Below, piece after piece: positions 1 to 13,410 of a DNA stretch of 64,000 bases (its first letter is position 1; each line of letters opens with the position of its first letter). This stretch comes from the human T2T-CHM13v2.0 reference genome, Homo sapiens, in NCBI RefSeq assembly GCF_009914755.1, contig NC_060925.1; one strand, given 5' to 3'. A program made the position numbers and the translations under genes. Under the pieces are notes generated by a model. It searched no databases. It was not told the origin of the DNA and saw only the letters and a list, made by a program, of their open reading frames with translations.

Positions 1-165
1 AGCAGATGAATGGATAAATAAACTACAGTACACCAAAATAATGCAGTATTAATAGACATTAAAAGGAATGAGCTATCAAGCCATGAAAAGATATGGAGAA
101 AACTTAAAGACATATTAAGTGAATGAAGCTAATCTGAAAACACTGCCTACTGTAGGATTCTAACT
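1..165 (+). mobile_element. L1MC-type LINE-1 3' region fragment
   Basis: atgagctatcaagccatgaaaagatatggag...gctaatctgaaaa...tactgtaggattc resembles the L1MC 3' consensus; interrupted by the Tigger at 167. Confidence 0.7.
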
Positions 166-166
166 G

Positions 167-630
167 CAGTTGATCCTTGAGCAACCCAGGGGTTGGGGGC
201 TCCAACACCCTTCCCAGTTGAAGATCTGCATATAACTTTTGACTCCCCCCAAAACTTAACCACTAATAGCCCACTGTTGACTGGAAGCCTTGCTGATAAC
301 ATAAACAGTAGATTAACACATATTGTATGTGTTATAGATTGTATTCTTACAATAAAGTAAGCTAGAGGAAAGAACATGTTATTAAGAAAATCATGAAGAG
401 GAGAAAATATATTTACTATTCATTAAGTGGAAGTGAATCATCATAAAGGTCTTCAACCTCATCATCTTCATGTTGAGAAGGCTGAGGAGAAGGAGGAAGA
501 GGAGGGATTGATTTTATTGTCTCAGAGGTGGCAGAAGTGGAAGAGGTGCAGGAGATGGAAGAGGAGGAGGCAAAAGAGGCAGGCACACCTGGTGTAACTT
601 TATTGAAAAATATTCATATATAAGTGGACT
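167..630. mobile_element. Tigger2a (MER28)-like TcMar DNA transposon, one terminal inverted repeat (TIR) missing
   Basis: Starts cagttgatccttgagcaac; body ataacttttgactcccc...aaagtaagctagaggaaagaa...gaggaagaggagg matches the Tigger2a consensus; breaks off at tataagtggact. Confidence 0.8.
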
Positions 631-683
631 TATATATATATTCTATTTTATAATTATATGTATTTATATGCAAATATAAAAGG

Positions 684-1105
<422 letters not shown>

Positions 1106-1106
1106 T

Positions 1107-1485
1107 CATGGGATATTGTTCAGCCTTAAAGACAAAGGAAATTGTGAAACATGCTACAACATGGATGAATCTTGAAGACACTATGTTAAGTGCAACAAGC
1201 CAGTCACCAAAAGGTAAATGCTGTAAGAGTCTATTTATTTGAAGTATCTACAGTAATCAAATTCATAGGGACAGAAAGTATTAATATAATTGTTGCTGCT
1301 GGGGACTGGAGTGGGAGAAATGGGGATTTGTTGTTTAATGGGCATAGAGTTTCAGTTTTGCAGCATAAAAATGTTCTGGAGATAGGTTGCACAGAAATAC
1401 TTAACTGTATACTTAAGATGTACACTTAAGCTGTATACTTAAGATGGTAAATTTTATGTTTTGTATATTTTCCCACAAAATAAAA
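1107..1485 (+). mobile_element. L1MB-type LINE-1 3' end
   Basis: catgctacaacatggatgaatcttgaagac...gtttaatgggcatagagtttcagttttgca...atggtaaattttatg; contains a short tandem duplication of tgtatacttaagatg. Confidence 0.8.
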
Positions 1486-1489
1486 CAGA

Positions 1490-2270
<781 letters not shown>

Positions 2271-2276
2271 AATGTG

Positions 2277-2710
<434 letters not shown>

Positions 2711-2771
2711 TTAGAAAAGGTATTTCATTTAGAAAAAAGATTCTAACAAAAATTTTGAGGAGTGCAAAATC

Positions 2772-2910
2772 CTTTTTTTTTTTTTTTTTTTTTTGGCAAT
2801 TGGGTCTTGCTTTTTTGCCCAGGCTCCTCTTCAGCTCCTGGGCTCACACAATCCTGCTGCTTGGCCTCCCAGAGTGCTGGGATTACAGGAATAAGCCACC
2901 ATGCCCAGCT
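2772..2910 (-). mobile_element. FLAM / free left Alu monomer
   Basis: Poly-T followed by a single left-arm sequence; degenerate TSD aggagtgcaaaatc / aggagtacgaaatc. Confidence 0.85.
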
Positions 2911-2973
2911 AAGGAGTACGAAATCTTAAAGGAGAAAATTTTTTAAGATTAAAAATGTCTAAATAAATGGAAA

Positions 2974-3274
2974 GGCTGGGTGTGGTTGCTCATGCCTGTA
3001 ATCCCAGGATCTTAGGAGGCCGATGCAGGCAGATGGCTTGAGTCCAGGAGTTTGAGACCAGCCCGGGCAACATGGCAAAACCCCATCTCTACAAAAAAAT
3101 ACAAAAATTAGCCAGTCGTGGTGACATGTGCCTGTAGTCCCATGTATTTCAGAGGCTGAGGTGGGAGGATCACGTGAGGCTGGGAGGCAGAGGTTGCAGT
3201 GAGCTGTACTCCACTCTGGGGACAGAGTGAGACCGTGTCTCAATAAACAATAAATAAATAAATAAATAAATAAA
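2974..3274 (+). mobile_element. AluJ
   Basis: gcttgagtccaggagtttgagaccagcccgggcaac and gggaggatcac J-type features; TSD aaataaatgga. Confidence 0.9.
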
Positions 3275-3869
3275 TGGAGAGATCTGTCATGTTCATGTAT
3301 AAGAAAACGTCATAATGCTACAATTTCTTTCCAAATTAATCTATAAAGTCTAACTAAAATTTGAATAAGACTTTAAAAATATAATCTGACAAATGATTAT
3401 AAAATTAACTTGAAGATGCAAAGGGACAAGATGATTTAGAAGAATAAGATGGGGCATACTATACTGCATAGAAACATTATTATTGTAATTGTACTTATAA
3501 TAACTAATACAGTGTAATATAGAGTTAGGAATAAACACGTTGGACCAGTGGAACAGAAGAGATTGGATTGGTTGCCCAGAAGAGATCCAGGAACAGACAG
3601 AATTATAATGGATGACTGAGGTGGCACTACAAATCCATGATCCAACATGCTAGCATCAATTAACCATATGGGGAAAAAATTTGAATTCCTATCTCTTAAC
3701 AGACAACAAATCCATTCCTGGTGAATCAGAGACCTAAATGTGAAAGCAAAACTTAAAAACTTTTCAAAGAAATTAGAGAATATTTATTTGATCTGAGTGT
3801 AGGAAAAGACAATTCAATAGTAAAGCCATACAAAAATGGAAAAGTTTGACATTAAAGACTTCTGCCTAA

Positions 3870-4169
3870 TTGGGGCATGGTTGCTCAGGCCTGTAATCAC
3901 AGCATTTTGGGAGGCCAAAGCGGGAGGATCGTTTGAGCTCAGGAGTTTGAGACCAGCCTGGGCAATATGGTAAGACCCTGTCTCTACAAAAAATACAAAA
4001 ATTAGCTGGGCATGGTGGCATATACCTGTAGTCCCAGCTACTCAGGAGGCTGATGTGGGAGGATCACTTGAGCCTGGGAGGTCAAGGTTACAGTGAGCCA
4101 TGATTGCACCACTAGCTTGGGTGACACAATGAGACCCTGTCTCACAAAACAGAAACAAAAACAAAAAAC
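3870..4169 (+). mobile_element. AluJo-like
   Basis: ggaggatcacttgagcctgggaggtcaagg; degenerate TSD aaagacttctgcc / aaacacttctgtc. Confidence 0.9.
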
Positions 4170-4558
4170 ACTTCTGTCCAGCAAATGATACTATAAAGAA
4201 AAAAAGAACAGAAAAACACAGACAGGGTGAAATTATTTGCAACACATAGTTGACAAAGCATTATCTGAATATATGAAAACTTCTAACAAAACAATGAAAA
4301 AAAGATAAGAATCTCTACTTAAAAATAAGCAAGTAAAAAAAGAGAATGAGCAGGTGCCATGGGGAAAAGAAGAAACAGAGTGGCCAAACACCAGCAACAA
4401 ACTGAGAGGTTGAACAGCAAATATGCTCAACCTCCCTAGTAGTCACAAAATGCAATTTTAATTTATAATAATATAAAATTTCTCACCCATTAGATTTGCA
4501 AAATCAGAGTTTGAAAATACCAAGGTGAGATCTGTGGGAACTCTTATATATGTCAATT

Positions 4559-5080
4559 CAGGGGTCCCCAACCCCTGAGCATGGCCTGTTAGGAACAGGG
4601 CTGCACAGCAGGAGGTGAGCAGGTAAGGAAGCAAAGCTTCCTCAATATTTACTGCCACTCCCCATTGTTCGCATTACCAGCTGAGCTCCACCTCTTGTCA
4701 GATCAGCGGCAGCGTTAGATTCTCTTAGGAATGTGAACTCTATTGTCAATTGCGCATGCAAGGGATCTAGGTTGCATGCTCCTTATGAGAATCAAATGCC
4801 TGATGATCTGTCACTGTCTCCTATTACCCCCAGATGGGACCATCTAGTTGCAGGAAAACAAGCTGAGGGGTCCCACTGATTCTACATTATGGTGAGATGT
4901 ATAATTATTACAAGTTGCACAATCATTTTATTATATGTTACAATGCAATAATAACAGAAATAAAGTGCACAATAAACAATGTGTCTGAATCAAACCAAAA
5001 CCACCCCTCACCCATGGGTCCCTGGCAAAATTGTCTTCCACAAAACCAGTCCCTGGTGCTAAAAAGGTTGGGGACTGCTG
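4559..5080. mobile_element. MER1A (hAT-Charlie) DNA transposon, complete
   Basis: TIRs caggggtccccaacc ... ggttggggactgctg; 8-bp TSD tgtcaatt / tgttaatt; about 520 bp. Confidence 0.9.
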
Positions 5081-7169
5081 TGTTAATTGACATAACCACT
5101 CAGGGGAGAAATTTGGCATTATCCATAATACAGAAGATGAGCTTATTGTATGACTCAGAATTATATCCCAGAAAAATTCTAGTATAAGTGCATGGGATTC
5201 ATGTACAAGAATGCTCATGTGTCTCTTATAAAGAACAGAAGCTTTGTGTGGACAGGGGCTTGCTTGGGTTAGTTCATTACCATAGTCCAGAGCCCAGAAC
5301 AGTGGCTGGCACCTAGTAAATAAATAAATATGGCTTTAAAATGCACCTAAATCAAGCAAAATCAAAGACAAGACAAGAATGCAAGTCAGTTCTATGTACA
5401 TGAGGATAATTTGAGCATTCAGTATAATCATTCCACTCTTGTATCATTTTTCAGCAGGCCAATCTAGAGTTGGCTCAGCCTATGTACTAATGATCCTAGC
5501 ATTTGTTGTTCTTTCTCATCCCAAAGGCCATCCTTGCTATTTTCATAGAATGGTTTGAGGATGGACTGCTGCTTCAACAGCTCAGTCTAATGACTCATGG
5601 TTATTCACTTATTTTTTATATTAATTCTCCACAACTGTCATCTGAAAAAAGAATTTTGCATTTTTGAAATACCATCCTTTGAAAATATGATAGTGGCACC
5701 ATGTAAGTGAGGTCCTTCTGCACTCAGCCAAATAGCTCTGATGCCTTGAAAGATAGGCCTGTCTCCAGTTTCTTCCCTCAGCAGTGAGCAGAGGGCTTTC
5801 AGGCAGTTAGAGATTGACTTGAGGTATTAGAATAAAAAGTAATATGTAGATTAAACTGTATTATTTTCTTTAACATGAAATAAAAATGAGCCTGTGTATA
5901 AAAATATTTTTGCTAATCATTTTGGAGATCAAAGATTTCATTTCCTAAGAGCTCAAACTTCACATCTTTCAGCAAGGACTTACTTTGAACCCTGTTTAAT
6001 GACGCTGTAGAAGACTTTTTTTTCCCTCTTGAACTACAGCAAAAAGACTTGTAAAAAAACTGTTGTTTCAACACTGAAGCACTTTAAATGACTGGCTTTA
6101 ACCACAATGTATAAAAAGTATAATTCAGACTTGGCAGAGTGAACTAAATAAATAGTGATGATAAGCGACCTATCTAACAATGTAGCCTCCGTGTCTTGTC
6201 ATTAACACAATTATGTCAGCACAGTCAATCAGCAGATTGCCTTGACTTTAAAGCCAGAGACTGAATACATGCTTTTAAAGTTGGAGGGAACAGAGAGAGA
6301 GAGAGAAGAGCTATCACACTTAAGCCAGCAACGTGACTTCACAGTTATTCAGGGCTTTTTAAGAAAAACGAGGTTATACATTTACAAAATGCTTTGTTGT
6401 TGCAGTAATGCTAAAATTATTCTTATGAGTTCAATACCCTTTGTAATAACCCTCTGGCGATCCCAAACAAAAAGAGGGACTCTGGTTACAGCATTCCTTT
6501 CACATAGGAGAAACTGATTTACTACCTGAAGTGATAATTAATGGGATTCCGTTCAGTTTCAAGTGGAGATGAATCGCACAAGAGGTAAGTATGGAATCTC
6601 AGAATGGCAATATTCTTCTGAGAGCTCTCTCAAGCGTTCTGGGCTGAAAAACCTCCGTAATCGTAAGCGGCAAGTGACAGCACCTGCCAGCTGAATATCA
6701 TCCATGACAACAGGCAGAGGGACTAGGCCACAGAAAAGGGAAGGACATACCTAAGAATTCTATACGTTATTTCTCTTCTGTTTGGCTGGATGAAACTCGC
6801 CCAGGCTACAGCAATCTATTTGCATCATTTGTTGGAGTGACTTCAATTTCATTCAACAGCACAACTGAAACGCCACAAGAAACACTTCCATTCACTTGAG
6901 TTTAAAAGAGCCTGCAGACTGGTGAAGAGGGTCAGTGGTTTGAAAATTTAGTGAAGAAGTTTGACTATCAGAATTTAAACAATGAAATCTTACTTTGATG
7001 CTTCAAAGGGTCGAGGGAGAGGGAGCAGTGCCCTGTGCTGGGTTAGATAGATTTTTATCTCACTAGTTCTAGAATGTTGGCTATTTTTTTACAAGTAATA
7101 ACTATTTCACATAGTTACATAGGAAAGGATTATATATAATCCTAGGGGCCCTTGTCTGAGGGAGATACT

Positions 7170-7860
7170 ATATTACTCCCATTTTACAGAGGAGGAAATT
7201 GAGGTGCAGAGAGATGCAGTGACATAAGCATTCATGATCCATATCACGGACAGGATGCAAATACACTCATCTCACACAAAAACTTGAAATTGTAGGGTCT
7301 CTCGGAACATGTGTCTTTAATAAGTATTTGTTTTATTGCCTATTTTACCTTCATTTTTACCATTTCAGATTCCATTTTCATAATCAACCAAAGTTTGCAA
7401 GAGCTCTTACCCACATTATCTTAGGTAATTTTCCCAACACTGCAGGAGGCAGGCCGTGCTCACCCCTGGCTTCCTAGTGTTGGCAGCGGCCCAGCACTCC
7501 GTGTCCCCCTTACCCTGCTTTATTTTTCTCCATGTTAGTTTTCACCACTGGACATAGTGCCAATTATGTATTATTTGTTTGTTTACTTGTTAATGTCTGC
7601 CTACCCACCCAGAATACAAGCTTTTTGAAAGCAGGGATTTTTGTGTTGGGTTCACTGCTGTGTCCTGAGTGTATGGAGCAGTCCCATTGTGCTGTGGTTA
7701 TTAACGAAAAAATGAATGGATGCTCAGGTGGGAGCATTCATTCAGAGGTGAGATGATTAAGACTCAGAATCTTGCTCAAGGTCACACAGAACATTAAGTG
7801 GTGGAACAGCCCTTTGAACCTAAGTCTGAGAACTTTGCAGTCCTCTTTGTACTGAACCAT
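7170..7860. mobile_element. MIR (-) and L2 3' end (+) relics
   Basis: cccattttacagaggaggaaattgagg and cttgctcaaggtcacacag (MIR core); ttcactgctgtgtcc...aatgaatgga (L2 end). Confidence 0.6.
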
Positions 7861-8589
7861 ATCAGCTTCAAAATAGAGATTATGTGGTCATTTAAAAACC
7901 CAAAAATACTAGCTTTATCAAGTTTGGGTGTAGATCAAATTGAGAAAGAAAAGTCGGTGATATTTACTGGCTTCAGGAAGTTGGTTTGAATGTTCTGAGC
8001 ATATAAAACAAAACAAAACATTGAACTTGGGTAGGAAGTGAAATCATTTGATTATTTCCCAAACAATTCTGACAAACAGTTTCTGAGGTTTCAGAAATCA
8101 TTTAATGTAATTATTTAATGATGGCATTGAATACAGATTTTAAATGCTATAGTAACAAGTTCTGAAGGGGGGCAGAGGGAGGTGGTCCTACTTTCTGTAA
8201 TATTTAAAATAAAAATAAAAATACTAGTTTCTGACTTTCCACACCAACTAACACCATATTATTTTTCACTTCTTCCTAAACATCAGATTGCAGCTTGTTT
8301 AAATAAGGCAATATGCTTAAAAATCACAAAGCATTTTGGGTGGAATTTAAGAAAGGATATTTTAAGGTATTTGGACACTTCACAGAGAGCCAAGGATTTA
8401 GTTTTTACTCTGAATGTACCTGAACATTATTAATAATTTCATGAACAGAAGAGGTTTGTCCAAGAAGAAAAAAAAAGGGAGAGCTAAGAATGTTTGACAA
8501 GGACCTGAAGTAGGCGGGAAGAGCAGGAAGGGGCCACCATTTTCCAACTCACACTACACACCAGAAAGCCTGCTCAGCTATCCCATGCA

Positions 8590-8720
8590 GGGATTATTAT
8601 ATCCATTTTACAGATGGAAATGAGACTTATAATAGCTAAGTAATTTGCCCAGGATCACACAGTTCATTAAGAGGTAGAGTCAGGATTCAAATCCAGAAAT
8701 GCTGGTTGCATATTTAAACC
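8590..8720 (-). mobile_element. MIR
   Basis: ccattttacagatggaaatgagact...taatttgcccaggatcacacag...ggattcaaatccag. Confidence 0.75.
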
Positions 8721-9379
8721 TTCTAAGAGAGACAATGTGGTGGCCAAGGAAGTCTTGAAGTCCACTCATTTTAGAGCCTATTGTGGAAATGTCTGAAGAA
8801 ACAAAGATTTTACCGTTAATTTACTTATAATGTACCTAAAACTAGGGAGCCTCAGTTTCCTCTTATATAACACTCGTGTGTGTGAAAATGACAAGAAACA
8901 AGATGTTAGATGTGTATGAACCAGGCAGGTTGTCAATGAATGCTGAAAGACGTTCTGGGCAATTGATTTCTTTTCGATTTCATCTATAACATCCTTTCAA
9001 CATTTTTTTGCTGTGATTTAGGGAGGAAAGGAAATGGGCAGCAATTATGAAATATATTTAATCATGAATTTCCAGCCAGGGATGATGCATATCAACAAAG
9101 ATCTTAAATGAAAGGTGACAGAAACTTCCTAGAATTTCACATTAGGCAATTTTCTAAAGAGCAGGTGAAACCGGCAGAGAAACCTTCCCTTGCTGGCACA
9201 GAAAGAGGAGAACACAATGAATTTGGGGGACTAAAATCCCCAAAGCCTGAAAAACATGTTCTGTCAATGATTACAGTCTCAGGGAGTGTCAGCTTTGATA
9301 ACTCTGAAGAGAAAAAAAAATACCCTAATTGAGAAACCGGATCTGAGAGATTTTCCACATGCATCACAATTACCAACCC

Positions 9380-9600
9380 ATTTATTGAACAATTATTACG
9401 TATGTGACATTGTACCAAAGTGTTAACATATATTTTCTCCTTACAACAGCCTTTTAAGTTAGATATCATGGCCATCTTATAGGCAGGGAAACTGAGGCCT
9501 ATAAAAATTGAATTTGCCCAAAGTTGTTCAGCAAAAATAGACCGAGAATAGACCTTTCTTTCTGTCTTTAAAGCTGTGGCATGTAACCGCTAAGCCATAA
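9380..9600 (-). mobile_element. MIR
   Basis: ataggcagggaaactgaggcc...tttgcccaaag. Confidence 0.6.
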
Positions 9601-10769
9601 AATCTAACAGGATCCCTTAGGTGGAAGATTCAGTACTCATTACCATCTCAGGTGAGAAGATCATTATAATTTGCTGAGATATTTTCTAGAGGAGCAGAGT
9701 GGAACCGGGTCTCTTTCAGACAGGAGAAGGACTATGTTTCTGTGTGAGTTTGCCCTGTTGATCATGGCGATGGTTACAGAACTGAGGGAGCCACCTCCTG
9801 AGTTCCCCATTTGAATGAGGGTATATCCATGTCGGAAAGATGAGAGCAAAACTGATTTAGAGAAATGCTCATGTAACAAACAGCCTGTAATACAAAGAAA
9901 GGTTAAGGATGTAAACTGGAAAGAGGGCTGACTAAGCAACAATTAACAGGGATGTGTCAACAATTTACAAACACTGGAAGTCTACAAATATCAAGGAGAG
10001 ATTTTCTTTAAAAAGATCATGAAAAGGTGTAACAAAAGTGAGGTATAATGGTATAATAATTACACTGAATAAAATTAAGTAAGGAAAAATATTAGGCCAA
10101 ATGTCAAGAAAAACCACCACCCTGACAGAATTAATATTAGCTAGAGTATGGAGGGTTTTAGGCCCTCCCTGGCTCTGTCTTGACAGCCCCCTCATAGCAA
10201 GATTGCAACCACACTTTTCTCTGCTGGGATCCAGCCCTACTCAGTCCCTAAGTGGAGGCCTTAGGCCACGATCTGGAGCCACTCTCCTACAGCATGCTGG
10301 GGCTCAGCATCAAGTCACTTGCTGCTGGATGGACTCTTTAATGTATGCCTCAATTTCTTACAACAGACTTTTGCCTATTTCTAGATTTGTTTTCCTCTTT
10401 TACCCCTGTCCTGGTTACTGGTTATTTTTGTCTTGTTTCCTGAGCCCAAGACCCCATTTTATTCAGCAATCCAGCTATCTCTAAGCATACGAACTGTAGT
10501 TCTGCCCTCTCTAACAAAGTTCCCATATCAACCAAACATCTACCTACTTAAGTTAATTGACTGCTATTGGATTTTCCTTTTTTGAGTGCCATGTCTTTAT
10601 TAGGACACCCACACATTTCATTTGGCTCTCCTCCGATTTGAACTATCATCTGTAGCCATTAGCCTGTTGCAAACATTCCATGCTTAATGTGCTGGTCCAG
10701 ACTTCTCCCAGCATTTTCACCTGGGTATGGCCCCCCACCCCTAAACTATTCTCATTATATGGTGTGAAC

Positions 10770-11440
10770 CTGCTGGCCCCTTTGCTTCCATGGAAATATA
10801 ACTTGGGTATGTCTGGCCATGACTATAGAGATTGAATGGAAGAGTGCCTTGGAAAGTGTCTCTACCAAATGGCACCTGAGCTGAATGTTGTAGAATAAGA
10901 GCTGTTCATCAGGATGACAATGGGAGGGGAGGAGGCTGAGATAAAGGCATTTCAAATAGAGGGAATAGCAAAGATGTGGAAGCATGGCCTGTCATTAAAC
11001 TGCAAGTAGTTCAGTATGGCTGGGGAGTACCAAAAGAGATAGTGAATGGCACAGTGTGATGTGAAGAAGTAAGGAAAGGGATGGACATAGAAGGCATTTA
11101 TATGTTGTGTTAAAGAGTTTGGACTTTGTCCTAAAGGCAATAGAGAGACACTGAAAGATTTTTAATTGAATTAACTAATTTGATGTACTTGTATTTATAT
11201 TCTAGAAACATGATTTAGGTAAATAGAGTGGGAGGTGGGGATTAAGAGTACAGACAGGGCAACCAGGTAGGAGATGATGACAATGTTTCGGTCAAGGGTT
11301 GAAGAAATAATAAATTTACAAGAAATGGCATTGAGGAAAAAGGTGAGCAATATAAAAGAATAGGAGAAATATTTTGGAAGTGAAATTGATAAAACCTGGT
11401 GGCTTATTAGATAGAGAAGGGAAGGATGAGGGAGAACTTT
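10770..11440 (-). mobile_element. L2 LINE fragment
   Basis: Purine-rich; ggcatttcaaatagagggaatagc and aaagagtttggactttgtcctaaaggcaatag are typical antisense L2. Confidence 0.7.
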
Positions 11441-12883
11441 AGAACACCCAACTTTAAGATCAAATAAAGGAATACATTTCTTTCTTAGACTAACAGAAAG
11501 CCAGAAACAATTTCTCTAGGAATGTGGGCTTGGCAAGCCCAGAGATGGCCTGCAGGACTGCAGAACATAGAACAGAGGTGAAACTGAAGGCCAGACAGAC
11601 ACTAGAGCCAAAGGGTCAATTTAAATAGATAAGCAGGCAGATAATCCAGGTACAAGAATACCATTCAGAACCAGGAGATTCTAAATGGAAGGTATGAGTC
11701 ACAGAAATTCTCTGAGATACTCTGACACCTAAGTCACAGGCAGGGAAGAAGAGATGATTAATTCAAGCTCAGGCATACTAAGCGTAAAGTGTCTATGGCC
11801 AACCCAATAGAGACATTCAGCAGGCAGTTGGATTTATGGTCTGCCACTAGGGATGAGTTAGCAGGTAGGCTGGGTCTAGTCCACAGGGACAGGGGAAGAT
11901 GTCCAGATAAGTGTAGCATTCTGAGTGTAGTTAGCCCATACTTGTATCCTCTTTCTTATTTGTCCCCTATGACATTCTAATTCTCTCTCACTGTTCCTCT
12001 GCCATTAGGAGCTCCTTTAACCTCTGTTTGTTACACTGATCCAGTTGCAACTCCTTTGGAGCCCCTGCAATCCTCCTTGAGCCTCCCTTTGCTGTTCTGA
12101 TCCCTTCTATGCCTCCCTTGTGAGCCTTCAATTATCTCTCAGCTTTTCTGAGTCCCTCAAATCCCTTAAATCTCAGCTGTGAAATGCACACTATTCTTAG
12201 TAGGCATGCCCCTTTTGAAGTCAATGGGAATTTACAAACAACAACAATAAAAAATAAACATGATCCATCTGCCTTCAAACATTGATGCAATTTAAGAAAA
12301 AACTAGAAGTTGGTAGTCTATAAACTATAGTATCTAATCTCTCCTTCTTTTGAAAAAGCAATGTCTAGTGAAGATTTTAGGTCACATTTTTTCCCCAAAT
12401 CTTTCTACATTTTTATTTTAATCTAGCATGTTCTCCATTAAAAGTGTGTTGAAGTCAACCAATCAAACTAATGTCAAGAATTACACACACATTCGCATAC
12501 CCAAAATCAGATTCTGTGATTAGTAACTGGGGGTAAGGAGAAATTGATTTCTGCATGCGTTTTTGAACAACAGAATTTCCTGCAATATTATTATAAATGG
12601 TTGTAAAAGGTCACACAAAGTTAGGTTTAGAGTCGTGAGGTTGACTAGTCCTTTAATGTACTTTTATTAAAGACACTCATAAAGTCATGTGTCACATTTG
12701 AAGACTCAGGTATCTATCAGCTATGATTTAAACTTGCTTTGTGTGCTGTGAGACAAAGAATCACTGATAACTCATGTTTATAAAAGGCAGAATAGAATAT
12801 TGGAAAGGTCCTGAGCTTTGCAGGCAGAGATACGTGTTTTTCAATTCCACTTGCTGAATTCTTTGAAAGCATGGAGAGAGTCC

Positions 12884-12972
12884 CTCTCTCTCTCTCTCTC
12901 TCTCTCTTTCCTTTCTCTCTGTCTCTCTCTGTGCACGTGTGTGCATGTGTGTGTGTGTGTGTGTGTGTGTGT
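12884..12972. repeat. (CT)n followed by (GT)n microsatellite
   Basis: Read directly from the sequence. Confidence 0.92.
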
Positions 12973-13059
12973 ATTTGGGGGGAAAGAATGACCATTTTGT
13001 GATCATTAAACATCTTCAAGTCATATCCCAAGCTGCATTACAGATATGATTTCTAACCT

Positions 13060-13410
13060 TACTCACTATAAGGTATTATTATTCTCATTTTATAGATGAG
13101 AAAACCAAGGCTGAAGGAGGCTAAGTGCTTCACATAACTGCAAAATAAATAGTAGATCATGAATTCAAACTCAGGTTTTATATGCTCAATAAAATGACAG
13201 CACTTTCATTACATGCCACTGCCTTCCTTATAAATGACTTCTCTCACTAACAAGCTATGTGACCTTAACTTTGCTAAGCCTTAGTACCTAATCTTTAAAA
13301 TGGGGGCAATTATTTGTATAAGAGAATTTGCATATAGAACTGTTAAGGGGATGTAATGAGAAATGTATAGCTAAGTGCCTGGCACATAGTAAGTGCTCAA
13401 TAAATTGTAT
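13060..13410. mobile_element. Two oppositely oriented MIRs
   Basis: cattttatagatgagaaaaccaagg (-) then gctatgtgacctt...aaaatggggg...gcctggcacatagtaagtgctcaataaa (+). Confidence 0.7.

Larger units (their letters stand above)
3275..5230 (+). mobile_element. Old L1M(E) ORF2/3' fragments, interrupted by AluJ and MER1A
   Basis: ccaaattaatctataaa, gaccagtggaacagaa, agacctaaatgtgaaag, atttgcaacacata, ttctcacccattagatt are colinear with L1 ORF2/3'. Confidence 0.7.

Noticed and set aside
10101-10484. 127-aa ORF in non-Alu sequence
   Set aside because: No recognisable domain, low-information Leu/Ser/Phe composition and no convincing splice context; possibly a very old LTR-like relic.
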